From positions 64,001-128,000 of the IMG/VR virus record IMGVR_UViG_3300031853_000001: 64,000 nucleotides of DNA, one strand, 5' to 3'. Made by a program: the position numbers and the translations under genes. Below are positions 42,576 to 53,318 of this stretch, piece by piece. Origin of the DNA: a virus. Lineage: Duplodnaviria > Caudoviricetes. Positions within the stretch are counted from its first letter, which is position 1. Every line of letters starts with the position of its first letter. A model generated the notes under the pieces. The model was given only the letters and a program-made list of their open reading frames with translations. It had not been told where the DNA came from and made no database searches.

Positions 42576-45512
42576 ATGAAAAACAAAATATTTGCATTAC
42601 TTATGATACTAATAATCTTTATTTCTTCGGTAAGTTTCGCGGAAACTCAATTAGAAAGCTATACAAATATTTCTCCTGAAGATGATGAAAACCATTTAGT
42701 ATATACCGAAGTGTGGGAATATTATGTTCAACCAGACGGAACTTTAAGCTCCGGCAAACCAAGAGAGGATTTATCGACTTCAGAACTTGAACCACATAAT
42801 TTCAATGATGAGGGCATTTGTATAGATTGCAATTATGAAAAGGATGTTGTATTTGAAGCAGAAGTAGAAATGTCAAAAACTTTAGGTATTGTTGATATTT
42901 CTCAAACTGTTTCTGTTTATAATTATTTTTATGATAGAGCTACTAAAAAATATAGCGTTCCAATGCAAACTGAAGTCACCCAAAATGGTATAGATTCTTG
43001 GGTACGAGTTAAATTAGATGCCTATAGAACCGTGCGTTCAACAGGTGAGCGCGCGGAAATTAGTTGGGATTTAGCAGATGTTGGTATTTTAGATAGTGAA
43101 GGTAATTTAGTTGCTGAAGGTATTTCTGATTATGTAATTATAGGTGATTACTTATATTATACTAAAATACTTCCAAAAGACTATACTCTTTACATAAGTT
43201 ACTATGGTCGTTTTGCTAATTATCAAGAATTATATAGTAGTTCTTATGTAGGAACTACTCCTAGTTCTGATGCTGTCCAAGGTGAAAACTTTTATCCTGA
43301 TTTTTCTACTGATGACCCTTGGAACAATATAGATATTGAAGCCCGTGAAAAAGACCAAGTTGAGAACAAAAGTAGTTTTGATTTAAAAGTTTTACAAGGT
43401 GAAGGTTTCGCAGATATTTCAGCCGCGGTTACTAACGAAAATGATGAAGAGAATACTAATAGATATATTCTTCCTGGAGATGAATTGAATTTATCTACTG
43501 AATTGAAGATAAATGGGGAAGAAGGGTATGTGTATGATATAATTCAAAAAATTAATTTCGGTATTGAAATGACGCAACTTTTTAATTCTATTGTAGAAAA
43601 CTTTCAAGTTTTCTTGTCTGTAGATAATCAAGATTACACAGATGTAACATCTAGTGAAATGATTGAAGGAAAAGTTTCTTTAGGTAATTATATTAAAGAC
43701 CAGGTGTTAAATTTAATTTATAAAATAAAATTATCTACTTCACTTAATAATATATTTGAAAGTGAGCCTTTTAGTGTTTTAGTAAATTATAAAGCGAAAA
43801 TCGTGGCCACACCTACCCCAAGTCCTAGTCCAACTCCATCGCCAACACCAACTCCATCACCAACTCCATCACCATCACCAACTCCATCACCAACTTTATC
43901 ACCAACTCCATCGTTATCGCCAACGCCATTCATATCACCAACTCCATCATCAACGCCAACTCTATCGCCATCACCAACGCCAACATCAACTCCAATGCCA
44001 ACATCAACTCCAACATCAACTCCAATGTTAACGCCAACCTCAACTCCTACAATTAAACCTACTGAAACGCCAACACCTACACCTACTCCAACTATAACAC
44101 CTACTCTTACGCCGACAGTCACACCTACAATTACTCCTACTGTGACGCCTACTGTTACTGTTACTCCAACAGTTACTGTTACTCCAATAATTATTGTTAC
44201 TCCAACAGTTACACCAAGTTCAACCCCAGTTATAGTTCCTACAGTTACTCCAACAGCTACTCCTACCCCAACAATAATTGTAACCTCTACGCCAACTATA
44301 ACTCCTACGCCAACAGTAACTATTAAACCTACAATTACTCCAAATGTAACTATAACCCCCACCGTAATAATTACAGAGAAACCTACTGATAAGCCAACAG
44401 TAGAACCAACTCCTACTTTGACTGTTACGCCAACTAAAACTCCCACTCCTATTCCAACTTTAATACCTACTAAAACTCCTGTTCCAACAGAAGAACCTAC
44501 TGCAACACCTATACCAACACCTACTTCAACAAGTATACCTACTGCTACTCCTACTGTTGTAATTACTCCAAGTCCAACGCCAATAATTACTCCTACTCCA
44601 ATAATAACAGCAAGTCCTACGCTAACACCAACTATAAAACCTACTCTTACTCCAAGCCCTATACCAATTATAACACCTACACCTACTCTAACAATTTCTC
44701 CAACATCAACGCCTACTTTAACTCCAATTCCAACAGAAAAACCAACGGAGGAACCTACGCGTGAACCAACAGAAAAGCCTACAGCAACATCAACACCCAC
44801 TCCAGTTCCAGCAAACCCAACTCCAACAACAGAACCCAGTTCCACGCCAACTATTACCATCACTCCAACAGTTGAGCCCACCACAGTTCCTACCATACAA
44901 CCAACTGATACACCAGTTGTCACAGTTACCCCTGAAAAACCTAGTAAGTCTCCAAGACCTACTCCCGCACCTACCGAAACAATAAAACCTACTTCAACTC
45001 CACAAATTACTAATATACCTACATTGGAACCTAAATCTACGGAGAAACAGACAAATGAACCTACAATTATACCCATATCAACAGTTAAGCCTACAACAAC
45101 TCCAAGTATCACACTAACTATTGACTCTACAAGAACTCCTATGCCAACGGAAATACTTCCCGCTGACACACCTGTCTCTATTACTCCAAGACCAACACGA
45201 ATCCCACAATCAACAGAAAATTTAATACCTACTCCAAGTCCTACTCCATTAATTACTTATTCACCAGAATATATAGAAGAAATTATAAAAAATATAACTC
45301 CTACGACTCCACAATCTTCATTTTATCAAAAAGTTAGTCAAATGACAGAAACGGAATTAGAAGATTTAATTGAGTTGTTTGATTATAATACGCCTTTATA
45401 TGGAGATTTATTACAGACAGGAGACGATATTCCTCTATATATTCCAATTTCAATTTTAATAGGACTAATGTGTATAGTTGTTTATATAATTTCAAAGAAA
45501 CGTAATCCTTGA
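42576..45512 (+). CDS. secreted Pro/Thr-rich (mucin-like) surface protein with sortase-type anchor
   Basis: signal peptide, acidic N-terminal domain, about 480 aa of TP/SP repeats, C-terminal LQTGD + TM + KKR. Confidence 0.85.
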   Translation: MKNKIFALLMILIIFISSVSFAETQLESYTNISPEDDENHLVYTEVWEYYVQPDGTLSSGKPREDLSTSELEPHNFNDEGICIDCNYEKDVVFEAEVEMSKTLGIVDISQTVSVYNYFYDRATKKYSVPMQTEVTQNGIDSWVRVKLDAYRTVRSTGERAEISWDLADVGILDSEGNLVAEGISDYVIIGDYLYYTKILPKDYTLYISYYGRFANYQELYSSSYVGTTPSSDAVQGENFYPDFSTDDPWNNIDIEAREKDQVENKSSFDLKVLQGEGFADISAAVTNENDEENTNRYILPGDELNLSTELKINGEEGYVYDIIQKINFGIEMTQLFNSIVENFQVFLSVDNQDYTDVTSSEMIEGKVSLGNYIKDQVLNLIYKIKLSTSLNNIFESEPFSVLVNYKAKIVATPTPSPSPTPSPTPTPSPTPSPSPTPSPTLSPTPSLSPTPFISPTPSSTPTLSPSPTPTSTPMPTSTPTSTPMLTPTSTPTIKPTETPTPTPTPTITPTLTPTVTPTITPTVTPTVTVTPTVTVTPIIIVTPTVTPSSTPVIVPTVTPTATPTPTIIVTSTPTITPTPTVTIKPTITPNVTITPTVIITEKPTDKPTVEPTPTLTVTPTKTPTPIPTLIPTKTPVPTEEPTATPIPTPTSTSIPTATPTVVITPSPTPIITPTPIITASPTLTPTIKPTLTPSPIPIITPTPTLTISPTSTPTLTPIPTEKPTEEPTREPTEKPTATSTPTPVPANPTPTTEPSSTPTITITPTVEPTTVPTIQPTDTPVVTVTPEKPSKSPRPTPAPTETIKPTSTPQITNIPTLEPKSTEKQTNEPTIIPISTVKPTTTPSITLTIDSTRTPMPTEILPADTPVSITPRPTRIPQSTENLIPTPSPTPLITYSPEYIEEIIKNITPTTPQSSFYQKVSQMTETELEDLIELFDYNTPLYGDLLQTGDDIPLYIPISILIGLMCIVVYIISKKRNP

Positions 45513-45564
45513 CTTTTTATAAAAATTTTGTTATAATATTTATGTAAGGTAAGGAAATAAAAAA

Positions 45565-45634
45565 GGGGTAGCGTTAAATAACGAGATGAAGATATTTTAT
45601 ATCGGCCCAATTTAATTCTTATAAAGGTGGTCTT
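45565..45634 (+). promoter_or_regulatory. HEG-leader pseudoknot motif, copy A
   Basis: ggg-GTAGC-hairpin-GAGATGAA-GATA tttta TATC-GG-ccc; loop complementary to ataaag at SD. Confidence 0.6.
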
Positions 45635-46273
45635 ATGAATGGATATATTTATAAAATAATTAATAAAACCAATCAAAAAATATATATTGGTAAAACTTTA
45701 TATTCTATTGAAAAAAGATTTAAAGAGCATTTAAAAGATAGCAACAGAACAGAATATCAAGATAGACCACTATATAAAGCTATAAAAAAATATGGCGCAG
45801 AAAATTTTTCAATAGAATTAGTAGAAATAGCTCCAGTAGAAATATTATCAGAACGAGAAATTTATTGGATAAAATATTATAATAGTTATCATTATGGTTA
45901 TAATGCAACACAAGGTGGAGAAGGTAAATCATTATATGATTACAATTCTATTGTAGAACAATATAAACAAGGAAAACTTATAAAAACATTAGCAGAAGAT
46001 TTTGATTGCGATCCTAGTGTAATTAAAAAAGCTATTAAAAATTCTGGAATAGATACTCATATAAATGAAATTAAATCTAAACAAATTAAAATAAGTGCGT
46101 ATGATATAAAAAATCATCAATTAGTCCAAGAATTTTCTTCTCATAAAGAAGTAGGACAATGGCTTTTTGAAAATGGTTATACTCAATCTCAAAATTGGGA
46201 TAATATTTCTGCATCAATAGGCAGAGTAAAAAATGGTTTACGTCAATCTGCTTATGGATTTAATTGGAAATAA
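45635..46273 (+). CDS. GIY-YIG homing endonuclease with NUMOD1-like C-terminus
   Basis: GYIYKI.N..N.KIYIGKT, R...H, EREIYWI, GYN.T.GG, SAYGFNW. Confidence 0.9.
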   Translation: MNGYIYKIINKTNQKIYIGKTLYSIEKRFKEHLKDSNRTEYQDRPLYKAIKKYGAENFSIELVEIAPVEILSEREIYWIKYYNSYHYGYNATQGGEGKSLYDYNSIVEQYKQGKLIKTLAEDFDCDPSVIKKAIKNSGIDTHINEIKSKQIKISAYDIKNHQLVQEFSSHKEVGQWLFENGYTQSQNWDNISASIGRVKNGLRQSAYGFNWK

Positions 46274-46348
46274 AAGAGAATAAGATAATTAGTAGTCGGG
46301 CAGTCTCCAAAACTGCTAGTCCTGGAGCAAAGCCAGGTTCTCCTGCCA
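46274..46348 (+). tRNA. tRNA-Trp(CCA)
   Basis: gcagt-ctccaaa-actgc, T arm cctgg/ccagg, G73, CCA; weak acceptor and D stems. Confidence 0.75.
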
Positions 46349-46349
46349 T

Positions 46350-46772
46350 TTGGTTCCTCCTGTAAAAATCCTCTTGTTCGCGACAAGAAAAAGGAGTGGC
46401 TGGGGCTAACAATATAAGTAAAGTAGAACTTATATTGCGTGTTCGCCATTAAAGAACGCTGGGAGTTCTCTTACCCCATAAGGTAGTCCGGAATACACAT
46501 AAGATTCGCTCGGTTTCCTAACCAACCGTAAGTCAATAAGATAAATTAGGCGGAAGTCCGCTTCGTTAATGTGGGCCACGAATCCGTGCGTGAATAATAG
46601 GCGGTGAGGTGCCCGATAGGCGTGTCAACCAATAGTAGAAAGAGGCACAAATATTTTGGAGAACGCACAACGCGAGTGCGAACTTTTTATGTTATTCTCG
46701 CGGCGAAATCAAATGGCGGCTCGGATGGATTGAGGCCCGGAAGATGCCAATACGAGAAGAAACCGCGAGATT
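46350..46772 (+). ncRNA. unassigned structured non-coding region
   Basis: GC-richer than flanks, multiple hairpins (e.g. tctcgcgg/ccgcgaga), no credible ORF. Confidence 0.45.
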
Positions 46773-46775
46773 TAA

Positions 46776-46851
46776 TGGAAGGTACCAAAGCGGTTATTGG
46801 GCTGGTCTTATAAACCAGTTGCCGCGGGTTCGATTCCCGCCCTTCCAACCA
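46776..46851 (+). tRNA. tRNA-Ile(TAT)
   Basis: tggaagg/ccttcca, ctggt-cttataa-accag, CCA. Confidence 0.88.
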
Positions 46852-46854
46852 TAT

Positions 46855-46929
46855 GGGGCCGTAGTGTAAAGAACACGCTCGGAAAGCAAGGGCCGAGAAA
46901 ACAAAGGGCAGTACCGCGAGGCTCCACCA
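46855..46929 (+). pseudogene. tRNA-Ala-like RNA with aberrant anticodon loop and T arm
   Basis: ggggcc/ggctcc-ACCA with G3.U70; 10-nt loop aaagcaaggg; T stem mostly unpaired. Confidence 0.55.
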
Positions 46930-47385
46930 TTTAAAGGAGAATACAATGAATAAATACAAATTTGGTCGCATTACTTTTGGGACTATTCTTACAGTAGTAA
47001 TGTTTAGTAACGGTTTTGGAATTAATACTTGGCAATTTTGGGTAGTTTATATTTCTGCTTGGATGATGGTTTTTATGACCTATTTGGAGGATTTTAACGG
47101 ATGATTTATTTTAATATATTTTTAGCCGCACTAAATCTTTTTTGTTTCTATGTTTGCCAAGATAATTTAATATATATTCGTGGATTAAATTTAGCATGTT
47201 GTTTATTATCTAGTTTATGTGCCATTGTTAAAGCCACTGAGAGGAACGTATAATGTTTTTAAAAATTTATTTATACTTAGATATTTTATTTACAATATGG
47301 GCTCTTCCAATTCTTATTATGTATTGTTTTATTCCAAACAAAAGTATTACAGAAGGGTTGAGAGAATGGTTTACTGAGTATTAAT

Positions 47386-47460
47386 GCGTTCGTGGGAGAA
47401 TGGTTTATCCGGAAGTCTGCAAAACTTCATATGCCAGTTCAATTCTGGCCGAACGCTCCA
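47386..47460 (+). tRNA. tRNA-Cys(GCA)
   Basis: gaagt-ctgcaaa-acttc, U73, CCA. Confidence 0.92.
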
Positions 47461-47504
47461 TTTATTATAAATTATAGTAATTCAATTTTAAAATACCTAC
47501 CTCT

Positions 47505-47529
47505 AACGCACGGGAAACCGTGCGTTTTT
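47505..47529 (+). terminator. intrinsic terminator
   Basis: aacgcacgg-gaaa-ccgtgcgtt-ttt. Confidence 0.85.
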
Positions 47530-47586
47530 CTATTTGACTTAATAGAAAATTTATGATATAATAATTTTAGAAAGGAGGAAGATAAA

Positions 47587-48048
47587 ATGACACTTGATGA
47601 ATGTAAGTTAAAAACTATTGAACATATTAATCGTGTTCAATTCTATTTACGTTTTTTTATAGATAGATTAACTGATAAAGGAACTCATCATGATGAAAGT
47701 AAATTAGGTGATATTGAAGCACCTATTTTTGCAAAACATACTGAAAATTTAAGTAATATAAAATTTGGCTCTTCTGAATATAATGAAGAACTAAAACAAT
47801 TAAAAGTAGCTTTAGAACATCATTATAAATATAATCGCCATCATCCAGAATATTTTGGTGAAAACGGAATTAATGGAATGGATTTGACAGATATTCTTGA
47901 AATGCTCGCTGATTGGATGGCAAGTACAGAAAGAACTCAAAATGGAGACATTTTTGAATCTATTGAAATTAATGCTAAACGCTTTAATATAGATAATCAA
48001 TTAAAGCAGATATTAATAAATACTGCTAAACTACTAATTAATAAATAA
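47587..48048 (+). CDS. HD-like protein (DUF5662-like)
   Basis: HDESK, HHY..NRHHPE, M.L.D.LEM.ADW. Confidence 0.7.
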   Translation: MTLDECKLKTIEHINRVQFYLRFFIDRLTDKGTHHDESKLGDIEAPIFAKHTENLSNIKFGSSEYNEELKQLKVALEHHYKYNRHHPEYFGENGINGMDLTDILEMLADWMASTERTQNGDIFESIEINAKRFNIDNQLKQILINTAKLLINK

Positions 48049-48145
48049 AATAAGAGGGAGCAATAAATTGGCCATTTATTGAGATAACGATGCCTTAATC
48101 ATTGAGCTCTTATTCATATAAATATCATTATTAAGGAGTGATAAC
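48049..48145 (+). promoter_or_regulatory. HEG-leader pseudoknot motif, copy B
   Basis: aataagag-GGAGC-hairpin-GAGATAAC-GATG ccttaat CATT-gag-ctcttatt; loop pairs attaagg (SD). Confidence 0.7.
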
Positions 48146-49105
48146 ATGTCAAAATTTATTGATTTAACTGGACAGCAATTTGGAAGATGGTTAGTAAAAG
48201 AGAAATCTAGTAAAAAAACTTCTTATGGACAATATTGGATATGTGAATGCCAATGTGAAAAAAGAACTATCAAGGAAATTTGTGGGCGGTCTTTAAAACA
48301 GGGAGAATCTACAAATTGCGGTTGTTTAAAATATAAACATAAAATAGATTTAACGGGTAAAAAATTTGATTATTTATTATGCTTAAAACCTGGAGAAAGT
48401 ATTAAAAGAAATGATGGACGCTCTAAATCAACTTGGATTTGCAAATGTGATTGTGGTAAGATAATAACAATTCAAACAGAAAGCTTACGAAGTGGTCGAG
48501 CTCATAGTTGTGGTTGTAAAAATGCCGATCTTAGACGAGAAGATTTAACTGGCCAACGTTTTGGTAAACTAATAGCCATTAAGCCCGATTCTTCTCATTA
48601 TACATCTGGTGGGAATGCTTTATCTCGATGGGTTTGTCAATGTGACTGTGGTAATACTATTAGTGTAATAACGCAAGCTTTAAAAAGCGGAAATACTCAA
48701 TCTTGTGGTTGTTTAAATTCTAAAGGTGAAAGCCGTATTAAACAATGGTTATTAAAAAATAATATTATTTTTAAAGCTCAATATATTAATAAAGAAATGA
48801 AATATAATAATGGTAGTTATCCACGTTTTGATTTTGCTATTTTTAATGAGAAAAATAAATTACAATTTTTAATTGAGTATCAAGGCGATATTCATTATAT
48901 CTCTCATAAAAGTGGCTGGAATACTCCAGAAGCTCTGGAAAAAAGACAAAAATATGACGAAGAAAAACGTAATTTATGCAAAACTTTTCATATAAATTTA
49001 ATTGAAATTCCTTATTGGGAATTTGATAATATAGAAAACATTTTAAATCAACTGGTAAAACAGTATAAAATTAATACAGCAAAAATTATGGAAGAGCATG
49101 AGTAA
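48146..49105 (+). CDS. homing-endonuclease-like protein (3x Cys repeats + Vsr/DUF559-like)
   Basis: DLTG..FG, CxCxCG, SKGE, RFDFAI..LIEYQGDIH. Confidence 0.8.
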   Translation: MSKFIDLTGQQFGRWLVKEKSSKKTSYGQYWICECQCEKRTIKEICGRSLKQGESTNCGCLKYKHKIDLTGKKFDYLLCLKPGESIKRNDGRSKSTWICKCDCGKIITIQTESLRSGRAHSCGCKNADLRREDLTGQRFGKLIAIKPDSSHYTSGGNALSRWVCQCDCGNTISVITQALKSGNTQSCGCLNSKGESRIKQWLLKNNIIFKAQYINKEMKYNNGSYPRFDFAIFNEKNKLQFLIEYQGDIHYISHKSGWNTPEALEKRQKYDEEKRNLCKTFHINLIEIPYWEFDNIENILNQLVKQYKINTAKIMEEHE

Positions 49106-49114
49106 GGAGAAAAT

Positions 49115-50060
49115 ATGATTACGAATAACGGGGAAATTATTGAAGTAATTCCAGATTTAGAAACCCCAGAAGAAATTGCTAGAAGTTTTTTTCTTGACAG
49201 AGATATTAAACTTGTAGAAAATAAGATTGAAGATTTGAAGCAAGTTCTACTTTCTTTAACTCACAATAATGATAGATTACAGCGTCAATTTAATGAACTA
49301 TATGAAGAAAAATGGGCCGATACTACACTTCAAAATATGAAGAAAGAGTTAGAACAAGTAAAGCAAAATATGTATCGTGGTTTTCCTATTACTGAAGCGG
49401 AAGAAAAGAAAATTAATAATTGGATTTTAAAGCACGATGAAGAAATTCATAATAATCCTAATCATTATCATGGTGTTTCTGGTGGAGGTTATGAATACTC
49501 TTTTCACCCTACTGGTTTAGGCACGATTGGTTATTGTATCTGTGGTATTTGTAAAAGTAAAGCCATCCGTGAAGCTGGTGAAAAATGGTGGGAACATTTA
49601 AAAAATAATAACGGATATATTGAATTTGGAGATTTTGGATAATGAATATTTTTAAAAAAAGAAACGCACAAAACTACCTTCTCCCACCAGAAAAAGAGGA
49701 AAAAATAAAAAATTTACTAGATTCAGCACCTAGATTGCTTTGGCCGCACCCAAATGATGACGTAGAATTTATAATCCCTTTATTTAATGCAGAAAAGCAT
49801 TACAAACATTTAAAAAAGATTATATGGAAAAATAGTAGGAGGTAATTATGGGGGATGAATATAAATATACCTATAAAGAACAAGCCGAACATTTTAAAAA
49901 ATTAGTTCATCAATTAGAAAAAGAAATTAAAGAATTAAATAAAGAAAATGATGAATTACATATAATTATTAATGATTTAAAAGATAAAATTACATATCAT
50001 TGTAATCCTGAAGATACTTATAGAGAAGATTTTACTTTTAATCATTTGACTTTTAATTAA
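49115..50060 (+). other. three hypothetical CDSs (49115-49642, 49642-49845, 49848-50060)
   Basis: coupled ORFs; first has GGGY.YSF.PTGLG. Confidence 0.55.
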
Positions 50061-50136
50061 AATTCTGCTATAATAATATTGTAAAAAAGAAAAGCCCTAG
50101 TCCAGGGCTGACCAAATGAAAAGGAGATTTAAAATT

Positions 50137-51756
50137 ATGACTAATTTCAATCAGGTAGTTTCTAATTTTGTTGCTTCTCAGAATTCTTACCCTGTTCGTA
50201 AGAATATTAGCAAGGCTCACGCTTCTTCCTTTATCAATGCGATGAAGCAAGAGGATAACTTCAAGTATACCGAAAATGGTGCGGTAGCCAAGAAGTCTAC
50301 TATGTCCAAGCTATACGACCTATTTGCACTTGGCGGCTCCTATCGTTCTCGCACCGAGAGCGATTGTATCGTTCTTTTTAAGAACGCATATCAGGAGAAC
50401 CCTGCCTATGCTCTAAAGTGCCTATGGTATCTTCGTGATATTCTTGAGGGTCAGGGTGAGCGTCGTTTCTTCCGTGTTTGCTTAAAGTGGCTTGCTACCT
50501 ACGACAAGCAGGCTGTACTACGCAACCTTGATACCATTGCCCGTGATGGTTTCGGCCGCTGGGATGATCTGTTTGTCCTATTTGACACTCCTTGCGAGGA
50601 TGCTGTTATGAAGCTGATTGAAAATCAGCTAGTTAGCGACCTAAAGGCGTATCAGGCCGGTGCCGCAGTATCTCTACTTGGCAAGTGGATTCCTTCCGAG
50701 AACTCCTCTTCTGCCAAGACTAAGCATAATGCTCGTCGCATTATTGCTGCTCTTCACGTATCTCCTCGTGAGTATCGTAAGACTCTATCTGCTCTGCGTG
50801 AGCGTATCCACGTTGTAGAGCGTCTTATGTCCCAGAACCGTTGGGACGAGATTGATTTCTCTCATCTACCTTCTCGTGCTGGCCTGATCTATCGCAAGGC
50901 TTTCGAGCGTCGCGATATGATTCAGCAGAAGTATCGTGAGTTCGCGAAGGATACTTCTACCAAGGTAAATGCTGGTAAGCTATATCCTTACGACGTTGTG
51001 CGTGAGGCACAGAAGGTTATGCACTGTGATTCCTACTGGAATTATGGTTCTCGCGAACCTCGCCTAGACGACACCCAGCGTCTAATGGTTAATAAGTATT
51101 GGGATAACCTACGTAATGTTTTCCCTGCGGGTGAAAACTTTAACGCTATGGTTGTTTGCGATACTTCTAGCTCTATGCTAAATGGAGCAAGCAATACTGC
51201 TTCTCCTATGCAGGTTGCGGTATCTCTGGCAATGTATGCCGCAGAGCGTGCCAACGGTCCTTTCAAGAACCATTATATCAGTTTCAGCCGTCAGGCTCGT
51301 CTGGTAGAGGTTTTTGGTGCGGACTTCTGCGACAAGGTATCTCGTATCATCCGCTCCAATGTGTGCGAGAATACCAATCTTGAAAGTGTTTTCGACCTAG
51401 TGCTAAATACTGCTATGCAGTATCGCCTACCTCGTAACGCTATGCCTAAGACTCTTGTAGTCGTGTCCGATATGGAAGTAGATCGTTCTGCGGGTATTTC
51501 CAGTCATAAGGAAACCTTTATGGAGTCTATGCGTCGTAAGTGGGCTCAGAAGTGCGGCAACCGCTATGAGTTCCCTGACGTAGTGTTCTGGAATGTGTCT
51601 GCTCGCAACGATACTTTCCTAGACGATCCTAAGAGTGGCATTACTTACGTGTCTGGCTGCAGTCCTGTACTGTTTGAGCAGATTCTGTCTGGTAAGACGT
51701 CTATTGACCTTATGCTAGACAAGCTTAACGCTCCTCGCTACAAAGACATCTACTAA
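50137..51756 (+). CDS. DUF2828-family protein (TROVE/Ro60-like helical domain + vWA)
   Basis: TENGA...ST...DLF, LRD...GQGER, GRWDDL, SL..KW.P, MIDAS-like DTSSSM, TNL..VF, SDME, FWNV, VSG.SP; own promoter (50046) and terminator. Confidence 0.85.
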   Translation: MTNFNQVVSNFVASQNSYPVRKNISKAHASSFINAMKQEDNFKYTENGAVAKKSTMSKLYDLFALGGSYRSRTESDCIVLFKNAYQENPAYALKCLWYLRDILEGQGERRFFRVCLKWLATYDKQAVLRNLDTIARDGFGRWDDLFVLFDTPCEDAVMKLIENQLVSDLKAYQAGAAVSLLGKWIPSENSSSAKTKHNARRIIAALHVSPREYRKTLSALRERIHVVERLMSQNRWDEIDFSHLPSRAGLIYRKAFERRDMIQQKYREFAKDTSTKVNAGKLYPYDVVREAQKVMHCDSYWNYGSREPRLDDTQRLMVNKYWDNLRNVFPAGENFNAMVVCDTSSSMLNGASNTASPMQVAVSLAMYAAERANGPFKNHYISFSRQARLVEVFGADFCDKVSRIIRSNVCENTNLESVFDLVLNTAMQYRLPRNAMPKTLVVVSDMEVDRSAGISSHKETFMESMRRKWAQKCGNRYEFPDVVFWNVSARNDTFLDDPKSGITYVSGCSPVLFEQILSGKTSIDLMLDKLNAPRYKDIY

Positions 51757-51772
51757 GGTTAAGTATAAATTT

Positions 51773-51798
51773 GAGATGGAGAAATCCATCTCTTTTTT
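51773..51798 (+). terminator. intrinsic terminator
   Basis: gagatgga-gaaa-tccatctc-tttttt. Confidence 0.85.
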
Positions 51799-51851
51799 AT
51801 TTGACTTATTATAAAAATTTTGATATAATATTTATAGAAAGGATGAGGAAA

Positions 51852-52208
51852 ATGAACTATTACATTTATTTGGATGATGTGCGCGAAGATGATACTTGGT
51901 TTCGACAGCATTTGAATACCGAGCATTGGATTCCTTGTGTTGTTCGTTCTTATGAGGAAGTAATTCATATTCTTGACCATATGCAAGATTATATGGACAA
52001 GGATGAAGTGCTTATTCTCGACCTTGATCACGACCTTGGCGAAACTGAAGATGGTTACAATGAACTCGCGCACACAGGATATGATGTTTGTAAGTGGATG
52101 ATAGAAAATCATTTCCCTGCCTGCTATTTTCACATTCATAGCATGAACGCTAGTGGTTCTGCGAATATGCGACAACTTCTTACTCACTATGGCTATAAGG
52201 AGATTTAA
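51852..52208 (+). CDS. cyclic-phosphate-processing receiver-domain protein
   Basis: YLDDVR, LDLDHDLG, TGYDV.KW, IHSMN..G..NM. Confidence 0.8.
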   Translation: MNYYIYLDDVREDDTWFRQHLNTEHWIPCVVRSYEEVIHILDHMQDYMDKDEVLILDLDHDLGETEDGYNELAHTGYDVCKWMIENHFPACYFHIHSMNASGSANMRQLLTHYGYKEI

Positions 52209-52667
52209 TATGCTTTTAGATGAAAATAATGATAAAGAAAAGCTTTATAAAATTATTGATTTTCTAATAGAACAAATTAAAAATCTGCAAAGAACTAATT
52301 CTGAAATAAATGAACTTTTGAAAGAATCAATTTTTAGAAAATAATTTCTTGACTTTCTCCAAAAATTCTGATATAATTATTATAGTAAAAGGAAAGGAGA
52401 ATAACATAGTGGAAAAGTACAGACCTATTTATAGAGATATTCACGATTGGGCAATTTTGGACGAACGAACTATTCATGATTTTTCTGAAAACGAAACTCC
52501 TATTCACGTGGTAGAAGTTCTTATTGGAACTCTTCATTATGAGCATATAGATTTTAATCAGCATTATACTGAACATCGCACTCCTATTATTCGTTGGCTA
52601 ACTCGTAATGAATATGATTATCTTTGCGCGAATGAAGGCACCGTAATTTGGTAAGAAAGGATTAAAT

Positions 52668-53318
52668 ATGCGTAAGTACGAAAAAATTGAAACTCTATTT
52701 GCCCGCGATATGGAAGGCACTAAAAAGCTAATGCCGGGTATTTTTCGTGACCCGACTATTGAGTTTCTTCAGTATTGTGATTGGGTATGGACTGAGAAGA
52801 TAGACGGCACTAATATCCGCGTGTATTGGGATGGCCATAAGGTTACTTTTAGTGGCCGTACCGATAACGCAGTTATTCCCGCAGAACTTATCACTCGTCT
52901 AAATGAACTTTTTAGCGGTGAGACTAATGCTCAAATTTTTGAGCAGGCTTTTGGCGATAAGGAAGTTATTCTATTCGGTGAGGGCTATGGTCGTAAAATT
53001 CAGAAGGGCGGTGGCAAGTATATTGCCGATGGCGTTGATTTTATTCTATTTGACGTTCTAATTGGTGAGAATTATCAAGAACGTGAATGGGTTGAAAGCA
53101 CCGCCAAGATGTTTGGTATTAAGGTCGTCCCAATTGTGGGTGGCGGTTCGCTTGAAGACGCTGTAAATTATGTTAAGAAGCACCCTAATTCGATAATTGC
53201 GGAAGATGTACGAGAAATGGAAGGTATTGTATGTAGACCCGCTGTTGAGCTACGTGACCGTCGTGGTAATCGTATTATTGTAAAAATTAAGTGGGAAGAT
53301 ATAAAGGAGCTTATTTAA
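52668..53318 (+). CDS. Rnl2-like RNA ligase
   Basis: motif I EKIDGTN, LFGEGYG, FDV, EGIV, KIK. Confidence 0.85.
   Translation: MRKYEKIETLFARDMEGTKKLMPGIFRDPTIEFLQYCDWVWTEKIDGTNIRVYWDGHKVTFSGRTDNAVIPAELITRLNELFSGETNAQIFEQAFGDKEVILFGEGYGRKIQKGGGKYIADGVDFILFDVLIGENYQEREWVESTAKMFGIKVVPIVGGGSLEDAVNYVKKHPNSIIAEDVREMEGIVCRPAVELRDRRGNRIIVKIKWEDIKELI

Noticed and set aside
43787-45169. 460-aa minus-strand Val/Gly ORF
   Set aside because: Antisense shadow of the Pro/Thr repeat codons of 42576-45512
45564-45600. 5' half of a tRNA-Trp split by the GIY-YIG gene
   Set aside because: A contiguous Trp cloverleaf exists at 46274-46348 and this segment fits the HEG-leader motif
46855-46929. tmRNA
   Set aside because: Ala acceptor present but no mRNA-like domain or tag frame between the ends
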